A stretch of DNA of 64,000 nucleotides from an uncultured candidate division Zixibacteria bacterium (GTDB lineage Bacteria > Zixibacteria > MSB-5A5 > GN15 > PGXB01). This document shows, in pieces, positions 38,446-49,515 of this stretch. Position 1 is the stretch's first letter; each line of letters opens with the position of its first letter. The stretch spans positions 3,200,001 to 3,264,000 of the forward strand of contig OY969724.1 of assembly GCA_963702205.1 (NCBI GenBank), given 5' to 3'. The position numbers and the translations under genes were made by a program. Under the pieces are notes generated by a model. It searched no databases and was not told the origin of the DNA. It saw nothing but the letters and a program-made list of their open reading frames with translations.

Positions 38446-40095
38446 TCAATTGCAAATATCAAGCGGCGCGGGACCGGGCGGATTACCATATACATAAATT
38501 ATCAGATACAGAATATCCAGAAGATTCAAATCGCAATCGCCGTTGATGTCACGCATATGACCCGGATCGGATGGAATGCCGTCGCCATAAAGCACTTTAA
38601 TTAAATCGAGAACGAACAATAGATTAAATCCGGAGTGGTCGGTCGATTCAAAAGCGCCAATAAAATACGGCCAATAGTCGCCTCGTCCGCCGGCAGACGC
38701 CGGGCTGTTGGATTCGATTCTATAATTATGATCGGCGGCTCCCAGAAATTCGGGGTTGAACTCCATCGAATGCATTCCATGACCGGCGATCACACCATTT
38801 GGGCTGGACGCCCGCCATTGGGAGATATTGTATTCGGAACCGTGGGGATAGACATAATAAACATGGTCCGACCGGCCATAGTACAGATTGTAATCTTCAT
38901 AAAATCTTTCCGGGTTTTCTCTCTGGTTGTCGATGCCTATGGCCGCCTTGTATTCACCGGCGTCAGGATCCATCGGTGAATTGTAAAATATATTATTGAA
39001 GATGGAGACACTGTCCATATCGCCGTCCTGAGACCGGATTCCGGCAAAGCCACCCGTGCAATCGAAGGTGTTATTATATATCCAGGCATTGACCAAAGCG
39101 TGGGCCGTATCGGAGTTCGACGGAAATGCGATGCCCATGAGTCCGCCGGCCTCGCTGAATGCTCCCTGATTACAGATACCATTATTGTACAGGATATTAT
39201 TATAGACATGAACGTCGGACCATTTGCCGCCGTTGCCCAGATACATGTTAAGTTCATAGCAATCGTATATGACGTTATTCGAGATGACCACCGGATGCCC
39301 CGAACCCGTCGAATGCGGATTGCCGCCCTTCAAATATATACCCATGGCGCTGTTGTGGAGCCGGTTGTTCTCAAGATAAATGCAGAAGCCGGGATAAAAC
39401 TCGATGCACCCGAACTGACCTGTCCCGCCGTAATTACCATACTTGCCGACATAGCCGATGTCACAGTTGATAACCCACAAGGAATCGGTCCAGTCGGACC
39501 GGTTGCTGCCGCCCTCGAGGACGTTGCCGATGCCGGCCCCGTTGTCATAGCTGCAGCTGATCGAATCTATCTTGCAGTTCTTGATCGTGATGCCGCTCGA
39601 ATTACCCAGCATGATCCCGAACCAGCCGTAATGAAAATACAGCGAGTCAAACGTGATATACGAACGGTCATCCAGCCAGGCTCCCACCCGGCCGCCGTTG
39701 CTCCCGCTGGCGGGAATACCTTTGATGATCGGCATCTCTCCCGGATAACCCTTGAAAACGATCTGGCCGTCTCCCAGATAAGACGACCCGCTCCGGGCCG
39801 GTCTCAATCCGGCGTTGACACTCCAGCTTTCCGAGACACTTTCAACCTCATCCGGAGAATTCTCATCATAGACCCCCGCACGAATATAAACCGTATCGCC
39901 CGCAACCAGCGTCGCGCAGGCCTTCTGAACGTGCTGCCAGGCCTGGCCCTCGCTCAGACCGTTGTTGTTGTCGTTACCCGACGGCTTAACGTAATAGGTC
40001 GCACCCATAGAGACGGATGCAAATTGACATATTCCGATAAAGAATACCATTATTCCCCATCGAGAAGGCCTAAAGTGATTAAACCCTGTAGACAT
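38446..40095 (-). CDS. Secreted right-handed beta-helix (pectin-lyase-like) protein with degenerate dockerin-like tail
   Basis: ATYYVKPSGNDNNNG, AGDTVYIRAGVY, YNN/NNIF repeats, DYNLYY, IGAFE; tail DINGDCDLNLLDILYLI; GGAGGT SD. Confidence 0.85.
   Translation of the reverse strand: MSTGFNHFRPSRWGIMVFFIGICQFASVSMGATYYVKPSGNDNNNGLSEGQAWQHVQKACATLVAGDTVYIRAGVYDENSPDEVESVSESWSVNAGLRPARSGSSYLGDGQIVFKGYPGEMPIIKGIPASGSNGGRVGAWLDDRSYITFDSLYFHYGWFGIMLGNSSGITIKNCKIDSISCSYDNGAGIGNVLEGGSNRSDWTDSLWVINCDIGYVGKYGNYGGTGQFGCIEFYPGFCIYLENNRLHNSAMGIYLKGGNPHSTGSGHPVVISNNVIYDCYELNMYLGNGGKWSDVHVYNNILYNNGICNQGAFSEAGGLMGIAFPSNSDTAHALVNAWIYNNTFDCTGGFAGIRSQDGDMDSVSIFNNIFYNSPMDPDAGEYKAAIGIDNQRENPERFYEDYNLYYGRSDHVYYVYPHGSEYNISQWRASSPNGVIAGHGMHSMEFNPEFLGAADHNYRIESNSPASAGGRGDYWPYFIGAFESTDHSGFNLLFVLDLIKVLYGDGIPSDPGHMRDINGDCDLNLLDILYLIIYVYGNPPGPAPLDICN
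39071..39987. repeat. Direct repeat copy A (identical by eye to 53965-54881)
   Basis: Constant 14894-bp offset; identical translations in several frames. Confidence 0.9.
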
Positions 40096-40576
40096 GACCT
40101 TACCTCCATGCAAGTCAATGATGCAGTAAATTAAATGGCACAGCCAGCCCCAAACGCACGCATGACGTTCTGCTTAGCGACTGTTCATAAATCCCCGGTG
40201 CCTTTCCCTGTTGGAGGTCATGTCAAACATTATCACATCAGAAATATGTAAATTGAAAATATGCCAGCTTTTAAATAATATGATTCAATAAGGCAAGTAC
40301 GTTTTGTCATTACTTAAAATAATAGAGGCACCCGCGTATTCTGTCAATAATAAATATGCATGGTGCAAAAATTAATATCCACGGCGCCCGGCGCACCGTC
40401 AGCGTGAAAATGTTAAGTCGTTCTCACGTCAATACATAATGATTAGTGCATTTTAAAGATCGAATAAGCGTAAAAGAAAAATCGCAAATATTGCGATCCG
40501 GCGGCGTGTCCGGCCCTGCTGCAGCGGCTGCAAAGCCGGGTATTTTGTCAGCGAAATGTCAGGGACGAAGAGTCTT

Positions 40577-41620
40577 TTATTTTGAATTATGTACCGGGGC
40601 CGGCCTGATTATCGATTTAAAAAATCTGCGGGCGTCCAGGAGGGCCTTGGTCAGAACACCCGGCATAGCGGCCAGAATCCGATAGGACATTGGTAATTTC
40701 CTCAAGTCCGCCATTTCCTCCCGCGCTTCACGAGACCGTCCCTGCAACAGGAATCCCTCGACCCTGAGTATTTTCTCTTCTCTTAAGATGGCATCGTATA
40801 GGTCCCGGTTTTCTACAAGAAAATCGGCGTCGGCGCCCCAGATTCTTTTCCTGAATTTGATTCGCGAAGTGGCGTATTCGAACATATCGGCATTGGTCAA
40901 TCTGTTACCGAAATGATGGAAAATCCATGCGCTTTCACTGTGAAGGTAAAGGCTCTTGCCTTTACGGGCGAGCCGGGCACCGCATTCCCATTCCTCCGCC
41001 GTTGACGTGTCTTCGGCGAATTTGAAACTGTCACCGGCCTCTTCTTTTCTTACGATAAGCGTGCTGACGCAAATATAACTTTGGGAACACAGTGATCGGT
41101 ATAACTTGTCACTTTCATAACACGGGAAATCATCGACGCCTTCAGGTAATTCTATCATGGTCGAGGCCATTTTTGAGGGACCCATGATTTCTTCCCAATT
41201 CAATTCGTAACCGTGATGCAATTCCAGCGCAAATCGGCGTACTGTCGTATCGGGAAATCTCGCCGCGTAATTGGTGAAACAAAACAAAAGGTCGGGCCTG
41301 GCCTTCATAATATTCCGCAGCAGAATATTATGTGTCGGCATCCAGGCGTCATCGGAATCCAGGAAAGTCACGAGGGGACGGGAGGATTCGCGAATCCCTA
41401 TATTGCGGGCGACGCCCGCTCCACCCTGGACAGTTTGGATGTACTTGATCTTCTTCCCGTATTTCGATACGACCGATGCCGTATCGTCCTCGGAACCATC
41501 GTCGATTATAATCAATTCATCATCGGGCAGGGCCTGCATCAATACGGAGTCGATCGCCCTCGTTATCAGGTGGGCGCGGTTGTGAGTCGGGATGATTACC
41601 GATATGGCTGTATCATTCAT
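40577..41620 (-). CDS. Glycosyltransferase family 2
   Basis: SVIIPTHNR, IIDDGSED, ARNIG, FLDSDD. Confidence 0.93.
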   Translation of the reverse strand: MNDTAISVIIPTHNRAHLITRAIDSVLMQALPDDELIIIDDGSEDDTASVVSKYGKKIKYIQTVQGGAGVARNIGIRESSRPLVTFLDSDDAWMPTHNILLRNIMKARPDLLFCFTNYAARFPDTTVRRFALELHHGYELNWEEIMGPSKMASTMIELPEGVDDFPCYESDKLYRSLCSQSYICVSTLIVRKEEAGDSFKFAEDTSTAEEWECGARLARKGKSLYLHSESAWIFHHFGNRLTNADMFEYATSRIKFRKRIWGADADFLVENRDLYDAILREEKILRVEGFLLQGRSREAREEMADLRKLPMSYRILAAMPGVLTKALLDARRFFKSIIRPAPVHNSK

Positions 41621-41632
41621 ACTGGATATTAT

Positions 41633-42580
41633 TTATTCAGCATGGGCCGCCGAAGACAATTGCCGGCCATGATCCTCAAGCCATTTTGTGTATAGCGGCC
41701 GGAAAAATTTCATGAATTCGTCTGCCGCCGATTTGTTCGCCAATTCATTCGGGTGAGCATCATGAGGATTTTTATTCCGATACTCCGGTTTCAGGACGTT
41801 TTTTTCGTCGGTCAGAAATCCGAACAGGTCAAAAATCATGAAATTATCCAGGCCGCTGTCGGCCCGGTATGACGGCAAATATTCGTTGATCAGCCAGTCA
41901 TTGAATTTTTTCGCCCGTTCGGCGTTTTCACTCGACGTTTCGGCCGGTACCAGTGGAGGGAATGTCCAGTATATAAAGAGTTTATTCGGATATTTCCGCA
42001 TTTCCCGGCCGATACCCTCGAATACGTCTTTGTAATTCACTATTGTTCTGGTCGTGCTCAACGGGTCTCCCGGCCCCGATCCATCGGCGTCAATATCGCT
42101 GTTGGGGAAACAGGACTTGAACATTATAATATCATTTTCACGATCGTCGGCATAATAAACATTGGGATGGTTTTTGAATTTAAAAATGGAATTCATGTCA
42201 CCGCCGAATTTCGGCAGCCAGTTACACATATCGGTAAATTGACCGACGGTATCTCCATAAGTCATCCCCTTGACGGCGATGCCGAGCTGATTGAGACTGT
42301 CTCTCAAGTGCCCCTGGTCCAATATTCCCTGGCCGACGGAATGGTGTATAAAAATCAATCGGCATTGGGCACCGGACTCGTCTTTATCCGTCAGGGCCGA
42401 AATAGTCTTTTCGGAATCCTTGAGGTTGTTGCGCAACCAGCCATTCATGCCGTTAGCCCGCCAATATTTATAGGCGAAGAACAGGCCGACAAAATCGCCC
42501 AAAACGGCTATGACCAATACGGCTATAATTAATTTGTTCGTATGCAACCCTTTCGAGCGGTTTTCAGGTTTCGTGCCCAT
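41633..42580 (-). CDS. Membrane-anchored hypothetical protein, SGNH-hydrolase-like
   Basis: N-terminal TM; FIHHSVG, MFKSCFP, C-terminal DAHPN. Confidence 0.55.
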   Translation of the reverse strand: MGTKPENRSKGLHTNKLIIAVLVIAVLGDFVGLFFAYKYWRANGMNGWLRNNLKDSEKTISALTDKDESGAQCRLIFIHHSVGQGILDQGHLRDSLNQLGIAVKGMTYGDTVGQFTDMCNWLPKFGGDMNSIFKFKNHPNVYYADDRENDIIMFKSCFPNSDIDADGSGPGDPLSTTRTIVNYKDVFEGIGREMRKYPNKLFIYWTFPPLVPAETSSENAERAKKFNDWLINEYLPSYRADSGLDNFMIFDLFGFLTDEKNVLKPEYRNKNPHDAHPNELANKSAADEFMKFFRPLYTKWLEDHGRQLSSAAHAE

Positions 42581-42701
42581 GATTGACCCTCGAGTTTAAG
42601 CGTTAAGTTATAAATCCGCATTATTTTCGTCAACATTATTATATTTTAAAGCCTGTCTTTTATCATCGCAATATGGAAATTCACAGGCATTTAATATTAA
42701 T

Positions 42702-44237
42702 TTAAGGCCCCGGGCCCCCTTTTGTTCCCAAAATTAAGCGCGTTTTTGAAATAAGGAACTGACGGTGGTCCTTCTCGATAGCCACGAAAAACGCAATTAA
42801 GGAATAAACAACGAATGAGACCGCAATAATGGACCAGAACAGGACAAAAGTGTTTATCTCTATAAAACGGCCGGAGAGCCAGATCAATGCCCCAAAAACG
42901 ACGGCCGGGATAAACGGCACCAGATATGATTTCAATAAATATTCCGGCAGCCCGATTTTCAGAGTGCGGCACATATAATATGGTAAAATTATCGTGCCAT
43001 AAATGGTTAAAGGAATGGCCGTGCCCCAGGCAACGCCGTTTATACCATAGGGTTTCACCAATAATATACTTATTGCTATATTGAAAACAGCCATTCCCAT
43101 ATTGAGAATAGCCAACATTTTGACCTTGCCCAAACCGTAAAATATGGAACCCGATACAAACTGCGACAAATATCCGAAATTGGCCCACATGAGTATTGTG
43201 AGCACGGTCCCGGACGGTCCTCCGTATTCAGGTCCCATCCAAAGACTAATAAACTTGTTGCCGAGAATAAGAAAGGTCATCCCGATCGGGAATATTAATA
43301 TCATGCAGTATTTAGTTCCGATATATAGCAGCTTTTTCATGCGGTCATCGTCGCGAGTCGCATCCAGACCCGAGGCTACCGGCGTGATAGTGGTTGACAT
43401 ATGAGAGATGAGATTGGTCAAATAATCAATCATTGTCGCTCCGATGGCGAAAAAAGTAATAGCCTCGGGATTCATAAAGGTCCCGATGACAATCGAATCA
43501 GTCTGGAAATTGATCCGTCCGGATATACCGATAATAAAGGTATAGACGCTAAAACTGGTAATCATCTTTAAAGTCGCTTTATCGGCCCGCTTAAAATTTA
43601 TCTCCATAGACTTATTAATATGCAAACACCAACGCGCCTTTATCAGGAAGCTCACAAGGCTCGCCGCGAGAATTATAATGGCAAGCGAAACCAGCCCGCC
43701 GCCAAGTTTCAGGAATATTACTATGCAAGCCGATCGTGCCAGGAAAACGGAAATCTCAATAATGTTATTAAGATCGAATCTCTGCAGGGCATTGAGAACG
43801 GCATTGAAGACACCGAAAGGAAAACTCGCCGCGACATTCAAGCCGACTATAATGACGATCAGTCTGAACTGATCGTGAAATTCCGGTGGAACGTCCACTA
43901 CCTTCGGGGCGATATAAGCAAGTACCAAGCTTGCCAGTATGACCAGACCCGCTATGGATGAAAATACCAATAGCATGGTATTGACTATTTTGTTGACCAT
44001 CGAATCATCGTTAAGAGCCTTATAGCGGGAAACGAATTTCACGATGGCCGGCCGCATGCCCAGATCCAATATGCCAAGATAGCCAGTGATGGATCCGACC
44101 AAAACCCAGATACCATACCCAGTATTACCCAGCGTGTGTACCACGAACGGTGATATAAAGAAGGACACGACTATATTGACAACATAGCCCATCCAATTGG
44201 AAAATACGTTCTTAACGATTTGCTTTATTGATATCAT
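42702..44237 (-). CDS. Wzx-type oligosaccharide flippase
   Basis: SPFVVHTLG..GYG.W, LDLG, TDSIVIG, YGINGVAWGT; about 14 TMs. Confidence 0.9.
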   Translation of the reverse strand: MISIKQIVKNVFSNWMGYVVNIVVSFFISPFVVHTLGNTGYGIWVLVGSITGYLGILDLGMRPAIVKFVSRYKALNDDSMVNKIVNTMLLVFSSIAGLVILASLVLAYIAPKVVDVPPEFHDQFRLIVIIVGLNVAASFPFGVFNAVLNALQRFDLNNIIEISVFLARSACIVIFLKLGGGLVSLAIIILAASLVSFLIKARWCLHINKSMEINFKRADKATLKMITSFSVYTFIIGISGRINFQTDSIVIGTFMNPEAITFFAIGATMIDYLTNLISHMSTTITPVASGLDATRDDDRMKKLLYIGTKYCMILIFPIGMTFLILGNKFISLWMGPEYGGPSGTVLTILMWANFGYLSQFVSGSIFYGLGKVKMLAILNMGMAVFNIAISILLVKPYGINGVAWGTAIPLTIYGTIILPYYMCRTLKIGLPEYLLKSYLVPFIPAVVFGALIWLSGRFIEINTFVLFWSIIAVSFVVYSLIAFFVAIEKDHRQFLISKTRLILGTKGGPGP

Positions 44238-44265
44238 ATTCCAACAATATGTATAATCGAGCCTT

Positions 44266-45309
44266 TCACGCCAGATATTCCAGACTCAGAGTCCGCGATA
44301 TTATAGGCCGCGACGTCGATAATGGCATATGCAGTCGGTGGAGCATGAAAAAGTCGGACCGGGGGGCGACATTGCCGGTCATACTGGCACAGGCATATTT
44401 GTAGTCATGTTTCTTCAGAATCGGGACGAATTTTTCATAGGCGATTATGTCGTGACCGTAGGGATACGCAAAACCGGTAACAGGCAAACCTATCGCCTGC
44501 TCGATGTCATTTTTGGACTTCAATATTTCGAGTTCAGCAACTTCAAAATCGCAATAAGACAAATTAATGTGAGAGCAGGTATGAGCACCGAACCGGATGC
44601 CGTATGATGACATTTCTTTTATCTGGTCCCAACTCAGAATATTTTCCTTGGTTTCTCTGATGATTTTGTCACCGACCAAAATGTCGCGCAGGGCATCAAG
44701 CATATCCTCGCGTCTGGAATCATCCATACGCCTTATAATGTTTTCGACCTTCGTATACAGGGCATTATATAGATTGGCGTCGCCGCCGATCACGTCCGGA
44801 TTCAATTCAATGGATCTGTTCAACAGCGTCTCGATTTTTTTGATCAGTTCATTCGAGATGACGCAATTTTCCACAAAATCTCCGAACATGCGCCACCAGG
44901 GGTATATTTGTCGTCCTATCCAGTCGGTCGTAAGGTAGACGGTGGCTTTCAATCCGTGCTTTTTTAATAAAGGAAATGCCATTTTGTATGCGGACAGGTA
45001 ACCGTCGTCGATGGTAATGGCAACACTTTTTTGCGATAAAGCACCATGGGCATTAAGTTCTTTTACCGCATCCTCGACCGTAATTACACGGAAATCTTTT
45101 TTTAGCGTAATCAAAGCCGCTTCAAACTGCGAGGGATTCGGGCTGTCCCGATAAAACCAACTGGACTTTTGAACGGCCTCATTGACAAAATTATGATACA
45201 TGAGTATCAATAATCTGTTTTCCTGCGGTTTTCTGGCAGTTTCGAGGAATCTATAGTACCCACCGTAATACAAGCCCTTTTTAATAGTGGATTTTATTGA
45301 ATCATTCAT
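44266..45309 (-). CDS. Polysaccharide deacetylase (CE4)
   Basis: ILMYH, ITIDDGY, LSWDQI.EM, GAHTCSH, FAYPYG. Confidence 0.92.
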   Translation of the reverse strand: MNDSIKSTIKKGLYYGGYYRFLETARKPQENRLLILMYHNFVNEAVQKSSWFYRDSPNPSQFEAALITLKKDFRVITVEDAVKELNAHGALSQKSVAITIDDGYLSAYKMAFPLLKKHGLKATVYLTTDWIGRQIYPWWRMFGDFVENCVISNELIKKIETLLNRSIELNPDVIGGDANLYNALYTKVENIIRRMDDSRREDMLDALRDILVGDKIIRETKENILSWDQIKEMSSYGIRFGAHTCSHINLSYCDFEVAELEILKSKNDIEQAIGLPVTGFAYPYGHDIIAYEKFVPILKKHDYKYACASMTGNVAPRSDFFMLHRLHMPLSTSRPIISRTLSLEYLA

Positions 45310-45363
45310 TCTATCATCTCCGGGCGACAATTATCGCACTATGAGCAGCGAGGACTAACATTT

Positions 45364-46524
45364 CTATTGTTCTGGTGTCGATCCGCCCGCGTCCTTTTTT
45401 CTCAGACCCTGCATATACTTTACAGCGTGTTTCAGGAATCGGCGGCAATATTGTCTCAGTAATAGCAGCAAGGCCGGAACGGATCGATTATAAAATGTAA
45501 CCAGCCATTCACGCCGTTCTCGTTTTGTCCAGTCGTACTTATAGCTTTCGAAACCCCGTAACAAATCCAGTTCGTGACAACCCCGCTCAATTGAAAGTTT
45601 TACACAATATCCAATCACGACCCGTCCGATGCTGGCTTTGGGAACCGCTGCCCTGTCGACACCAAGCAAATAGTAATACATGATTTTATTATACTCAAAG
45701 CCGTAAAAGCTGCCGATCGGATTACCATCGAGATTCAAGGAGCATAATAACAATTCATTTCGAGAGACCCGATTCTCGGCAAACTCCCTGTGGAAAGTAT
45801 TGAACATCTCAGTATTGAAACTTCCGCTTTGTCCACGATCCTGCCACGATAAACGGTGCAATCGGATATGGGTAGCCATAAGTCTGTCGAGATCCGATAT
45901 ATCGGTACAAACGTCCCATTCCACGGTTCCTGCCTGCTCGATAAGGTCCGTCGACACTTTCAGCGCACGCCTCTGATTCCCGCTTAAAGATGACACATAA
46001 TTGTCCCAACTCTCCGTCAGGCTAATGTAAGGACATATGCTATAGCCCTCGATTTCGTACTTCAAGCACCGAGCGTCGGTTCCGGCCATCTGGCAAAACT
46101 GATGCAATATTTGTGAGTCGGACGGGACATAATGATATTCCCATATGTCCCAATATTTATGCAGGGGGCCAAATATATATTCCCAGAATATTTTCGGAAT
46201 TTTATTAAGATATTTTTCGGCTATAATAAAGTCAAGGTGATCGGGGCAAATCTCTTCAGATCCTATAAATCCGAGTATTCTCAATTTGATAATACCGAGA
46301 TAGCTCACCTGTTTCACCCAAAGCGGTGCCAACCCGACTAGCTTCTGTTTGTCATAAATGGCGATACAAAGCAGTTGATCGGAATCAGTATAGACGTTTA
46401 TCCAGTTCCTGATCCAGTCCCATGTAAGTGATAGAGTATTATTTGGGCTTTGGGCAAGCAAAGCGTCCCAATCATCCGAAATGACCTTAAGTTCTTCGAG
46501 ATTTCTGAAGTATTTTATATCCAT
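45364..46524 (-). CDS. GNAT acetyltransferase (CelD/BcsL-like)
   Basis: WDALL, LVGLAPL, DHLDF, CPYI.L, LDLLRG.ESYKYDW. Confidence 0.88.
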   Translation of the reverse strand: MDIKYFRNLEELKVISDDWDALLAQSPNNTLSLTWDWIRNWINVYTDSDQLLCIAIYDKQKLVGLAPLWVKQVSYLGIIKLRILGFIGSEEICPDHLDFIIAEKYLNKIPKIFWEYIFGPLHKYWDIWEYHYVPSDSQILHQFCQMAGTDARCLKYEIEGYSICPYISLTESWDNYVSSLSGNQRRALKVSTDLIEQAGTVEWDVCTDISDLDRLMATHIRLHRLSWQDRGQSGSFNTEMFNTFHREFAENRVSRNELLLCSLNLDGNPIGSFYGFEYNKIMYYYLLGVDRAAVPKASIGRVVIGYCVKLSIERGCHELDLLRGFESYKYDWTKRERREWLVTFYNRSVPALLLLLRQYCRRFLKHAVKYMQGLRKKDAGGSTPEQ

Positions 46525-46592
46525 AAAATTCAGCTTCCGATTAACGCAAAATAAATTCAGTTTCCGGATTTACACCAAATAATATCAGTAAC

Positions 46593-47204
46593 TTACTCAG
46601 GCAGCTGTTCGACGGGGTTTTTCCAGACCAGAAGGCTCGCATTATTATAATCACTAAGTACCACTCGGCCCGGATTACCGGCAGCCAGGCTCCTTTCGGG
46701 GATGCTGCGGGAAAGGACACAACCGCTGGTTATTGTTGCATTATCTCCTATGGTAATTCCACCGGAAATTATGGCCCCTGTCCCTATCCATATATTATTG
46801 CCCAGCACGGGGATCCCAACGGCGTTTGCCGCATGGCCTATGCCGATTGTCGTGTTGTGCGACAAACTGACGTTACTCCCGAGTTTCGTGGGTCCGACGT
46901 ATATGGTGCCGACGTGGCCGATATAAAAACCGGGTCCGATTTCAATCGCTTCAATATTTACATGGTGGACCATCTGAATAAGATAATTTAATACCGCATA
47001 CATTAGCTTGGGGATTAACCCCAACAATTTATTCAATTTGTACATGCGATCGGCAAATTGGCCCAATCTATAGCACGCAACACAGTGCAGACCAAAATTT
47101 GTTACCCATAATCTAAATACTTTGGATGACCGAGGATTGGTCCGACCATATTCAATCAGATAGTACTTCTCCAGATCGTATTTAAAATTCTTTATTTTAG
47201 CCAT
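46593..47204 (-). CDS. Serine O-acetyltransferase-like hexapeptide acyltransferase
   Basis: IGPGFYIGH, P.LGNNIWIGTGA, AGNPGRV. Confidence 0.88.
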   Translation of the reverse strand: MAKIKNFKYDLEKYYLIEYGRTNPRSSKVFRLWVTNFGLHCVACYRLGQFADRMYKLNKLLGLIPKLMYAVLNYLIQMVHHVNIEAIEIGPGFYIGHVGTIYVGPTKLGSNVSLSHNTTIGIGHAANAVGIPVLGNNIWIGTGAIISGGITIGDNATITSGCVLSRSIPERSLAAGNPGRVVLSDYNNASLLVWKNPVEQLPE

Positions 47205-47426
47205 TTCAAAAGAGTCAGTGAGTGAGATTATGACGCCCGCCGACTGTGAGATAAAATGATCCTGGTCGGATTCGAGATACTTTGCGTCGACTTGACTTTA
47301 TGCCAGGAAACAGGGTGGCGTCATGAAAATCAGCCATACGGGTTAACATAGAAACGCTCCCACGTGTCTTAAGGTGATATCCAAAAAGCATTCCGAATGT
47401 ATAAATAAAATTGATCTTGCCGTTCC

Positions 47427-48947
47427 TTATTTAATCGACTTGAAATGCTTGAGTGAATTAATCTTCGGCACTACTGCCAATATCGGGAGATTTGTACACT
47501 CCTTAATTTCCTGGGCGCTCTTTAGGGAAGAATCGAACAGCTCTGCCACGAGGCCCGCAGCCAGGCCTATAATCATGCCAAGCATAAATCCCGTTAGTGA
47601 TATTTTTATTCGATCCGGTCGCACCGGACTTACCGGCAATTTCGCCGGTTCCACTATACGATATTTTGTGGACGACATATCCCTTAATAAAGCTTCAGAC
47701 AGAGAAGATCCTTCCTGCTGTTTTGCAAACTTGTCCCGCAATTCTGTAATTGTAGCTATCTCCCTATTTAGCTTGTCCAACTTTTGACGGTTTTCCAGCA
47801 TTTCGTTGGCCTTATTCTTAAGTTGATCGAGAGATGCTTTCAAATAATTTATCCTTATTTCAAAAATATCCAGGTTATCCCGGACCGTGAATAAACGCGC
47901 AACCATATCCTTCTGATTCTTATCCATAGATGAATATTGAGCTCCAACAAGCCGTTTATTTTCATTTTCGATCTCAAGCATCAGGGAATCCTGCTTTAAA
48001 TGGTAATTCAACATTTGCGGGTCATTCCAGGGGTATTTTATAACCATATCACCTACAGAGCGCAAATGGTCTTTTAAATTTTTCCTTTCCGTGGCCTTGG
48101 CATCAGATTCTTTGATCGAAAGTTTGGCTGGATCAATATCGGCATTTTCCAACTGCCCCATTAAATCTCTTTCTTCTTGTTCTGAATCCGAAATATCCTG
48201 CTCTGTTTGATCTATCTCTGATTGGATCTGATCATAATTGTTCTTCGAAACAATAGTTGAGTCGAATTGACTTTGAATCATGCCCTTTTCAAGATCTGTC
48301 TTTTCTTTTGTTTTTTCTTCAAGCGTGCTCTTGTATTTCTGCAATTGAACGCTTGAAAAATCCTGAGATGAACGTATGGATTTCACATCTTCCTTCAAAC
48401 GTTCTTCAACAAATAACTCGGAAAGCGTATTGGTAATATCACGTGCCATCACTGGATCGGACGATTCAGCAGAAATTCGTATTTGTTTTCCACCAGCATG
48501 GTTGACGAAAATGTTTTTCGCGAGACGACCCTGAAGTATATAAATTATGGCCTGCTCTTTGGTCATTTGGGGTGTCTTCGCGACAATTTGATCGACTTGG
48601 GCCAACAACTTGGGGTCTTTATCCAATTTAAGCCTTACGGCCAGTTCGGAAATAAATTGCGATGAGATCAATTCATTTCTATAACCTCGCAACTCATCAT
48701 CCCTCAAGGCGTCATTTTGATACCCACGCCCCATCCCCAAAAGGCCTTGCAGTTCTTCAGATAGCCTTATTTCCCGATCTATCATTATGATTGAATCGGC
48801 CCGATATTGGGGCGTTAAAAATTTGGCTCCGATATATACGGTTGCTGTAACTATAATCCAAGGCAATATGATAAGCCATTTCCTTCGCCATATTGCGGGC
48901 CAGATATCTTTTACATCAATAAGTTTTTTGGTCGGAGCTTCGTCCAT
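47427..48947 (-). CDS. Polysaccharide chain-length determinant (Wzz/GumC-like)
   Basis: IWRRKWLI TM1, long coiled coil, RIVEPAKLP.SPVRP, TM2, LPILAVVP. Confidence 0.9.
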   Translation of the reverse strand: MDEAPTKKLIDVKDIWPAIWRRKWLIILPWIIVTATVYIGAKFLTPQYRADSIIMIDREIRLSEELQGLLGMGRGYQNDALRDDELRGYRNELISSQFISELAVRLKLDKDPKLLAQVDQIVAKTPQMTKEQAIIYILQGRLAKNIFVNHAGGKQIRISAESSDPVMARDITNTLSELFVEERLKEDVKSIRSSQDFSSVQLQKYKSTLEEKTKEKTDLEKGMIQSQFDSTIVSKNNYDQIQSEIDQTEQDISDSEQEERDLMGQLENADIDPAKLSIKESDAKATERKNLKDHLRSVGDMVIKYPWNDPQMLNYHLKQDSLMLEIENENKRLVGAQYSSMDKNQKDMVARLFTVRDNLDIFEIRINYLKASLDQLKNKANEMLENRQKLDKLNREIATITELRDKFAKQQEGSSLSEALLRDMSSTKYRIVEPAKLPVSPVRPDRIKISLTGFMLGMIIGLAAGLVAELFDSSLKSAQEIKECTNLPILAVVPKINSLKHFKSIK

Positions 48948-49515
48948 CTAATATCCTCTGCCATTTAGAGTTATTTTAAAACAAAATGTAGATAATTCCA
49001 ACATTATTCCGAATAATTATTAATCGTCTAATTTAAACATCTATTTAGCTGAATGGTGCCAATGATTTACGGAAAATTATTGATTCAAACCACATTGACA
49101 GCCCGAGAATTTTGGTCGATATAAAAATCAATGTTTCGCCTAATACCCAAGATCAAAACACAACCTATCTGACTGTATTGCAATCTCTTATAACTTATAT
49201 AAAATGATGTCTGCTGCCACAAGACTCTGCTGTCCATGACCTTAAAGGGTGCAAGGGAATTAGTCCCTTTGTGATTAGTTTGTGCCAAAAGGTTCTTGTA
49301 TCACAATTTGAATCAGGAAATCTAAATTCTATGGGAGCTTTTTTTTAAATTGGCTTAACAAATTTGTAAATATATGCGTTTTATGTATATCGGCCATGTT
49401 AGAAATGCTCGAAAGAGCCTTATATTAAACAGGTACTGGATACCTGCTTTGGTCTTTTTTGCGGAAATATGTATTTCTCATTAGTGATTGCCAATGAATC
49501 ATAAGGAGGCCTAAC

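Noticed and set aside
47270..47300. GACGCAAAG on the minus strand as a c-di-GMP-I riboswitch
   Set aside because: The GCAAA-P2-GNRA hairpin and downstream P3 could not be built.
49040..49290. TGGCAC hexamers upstream of wzz as sigma-54 promoters
   Set aside because: No GC at the required GG-N10-GC spacing.
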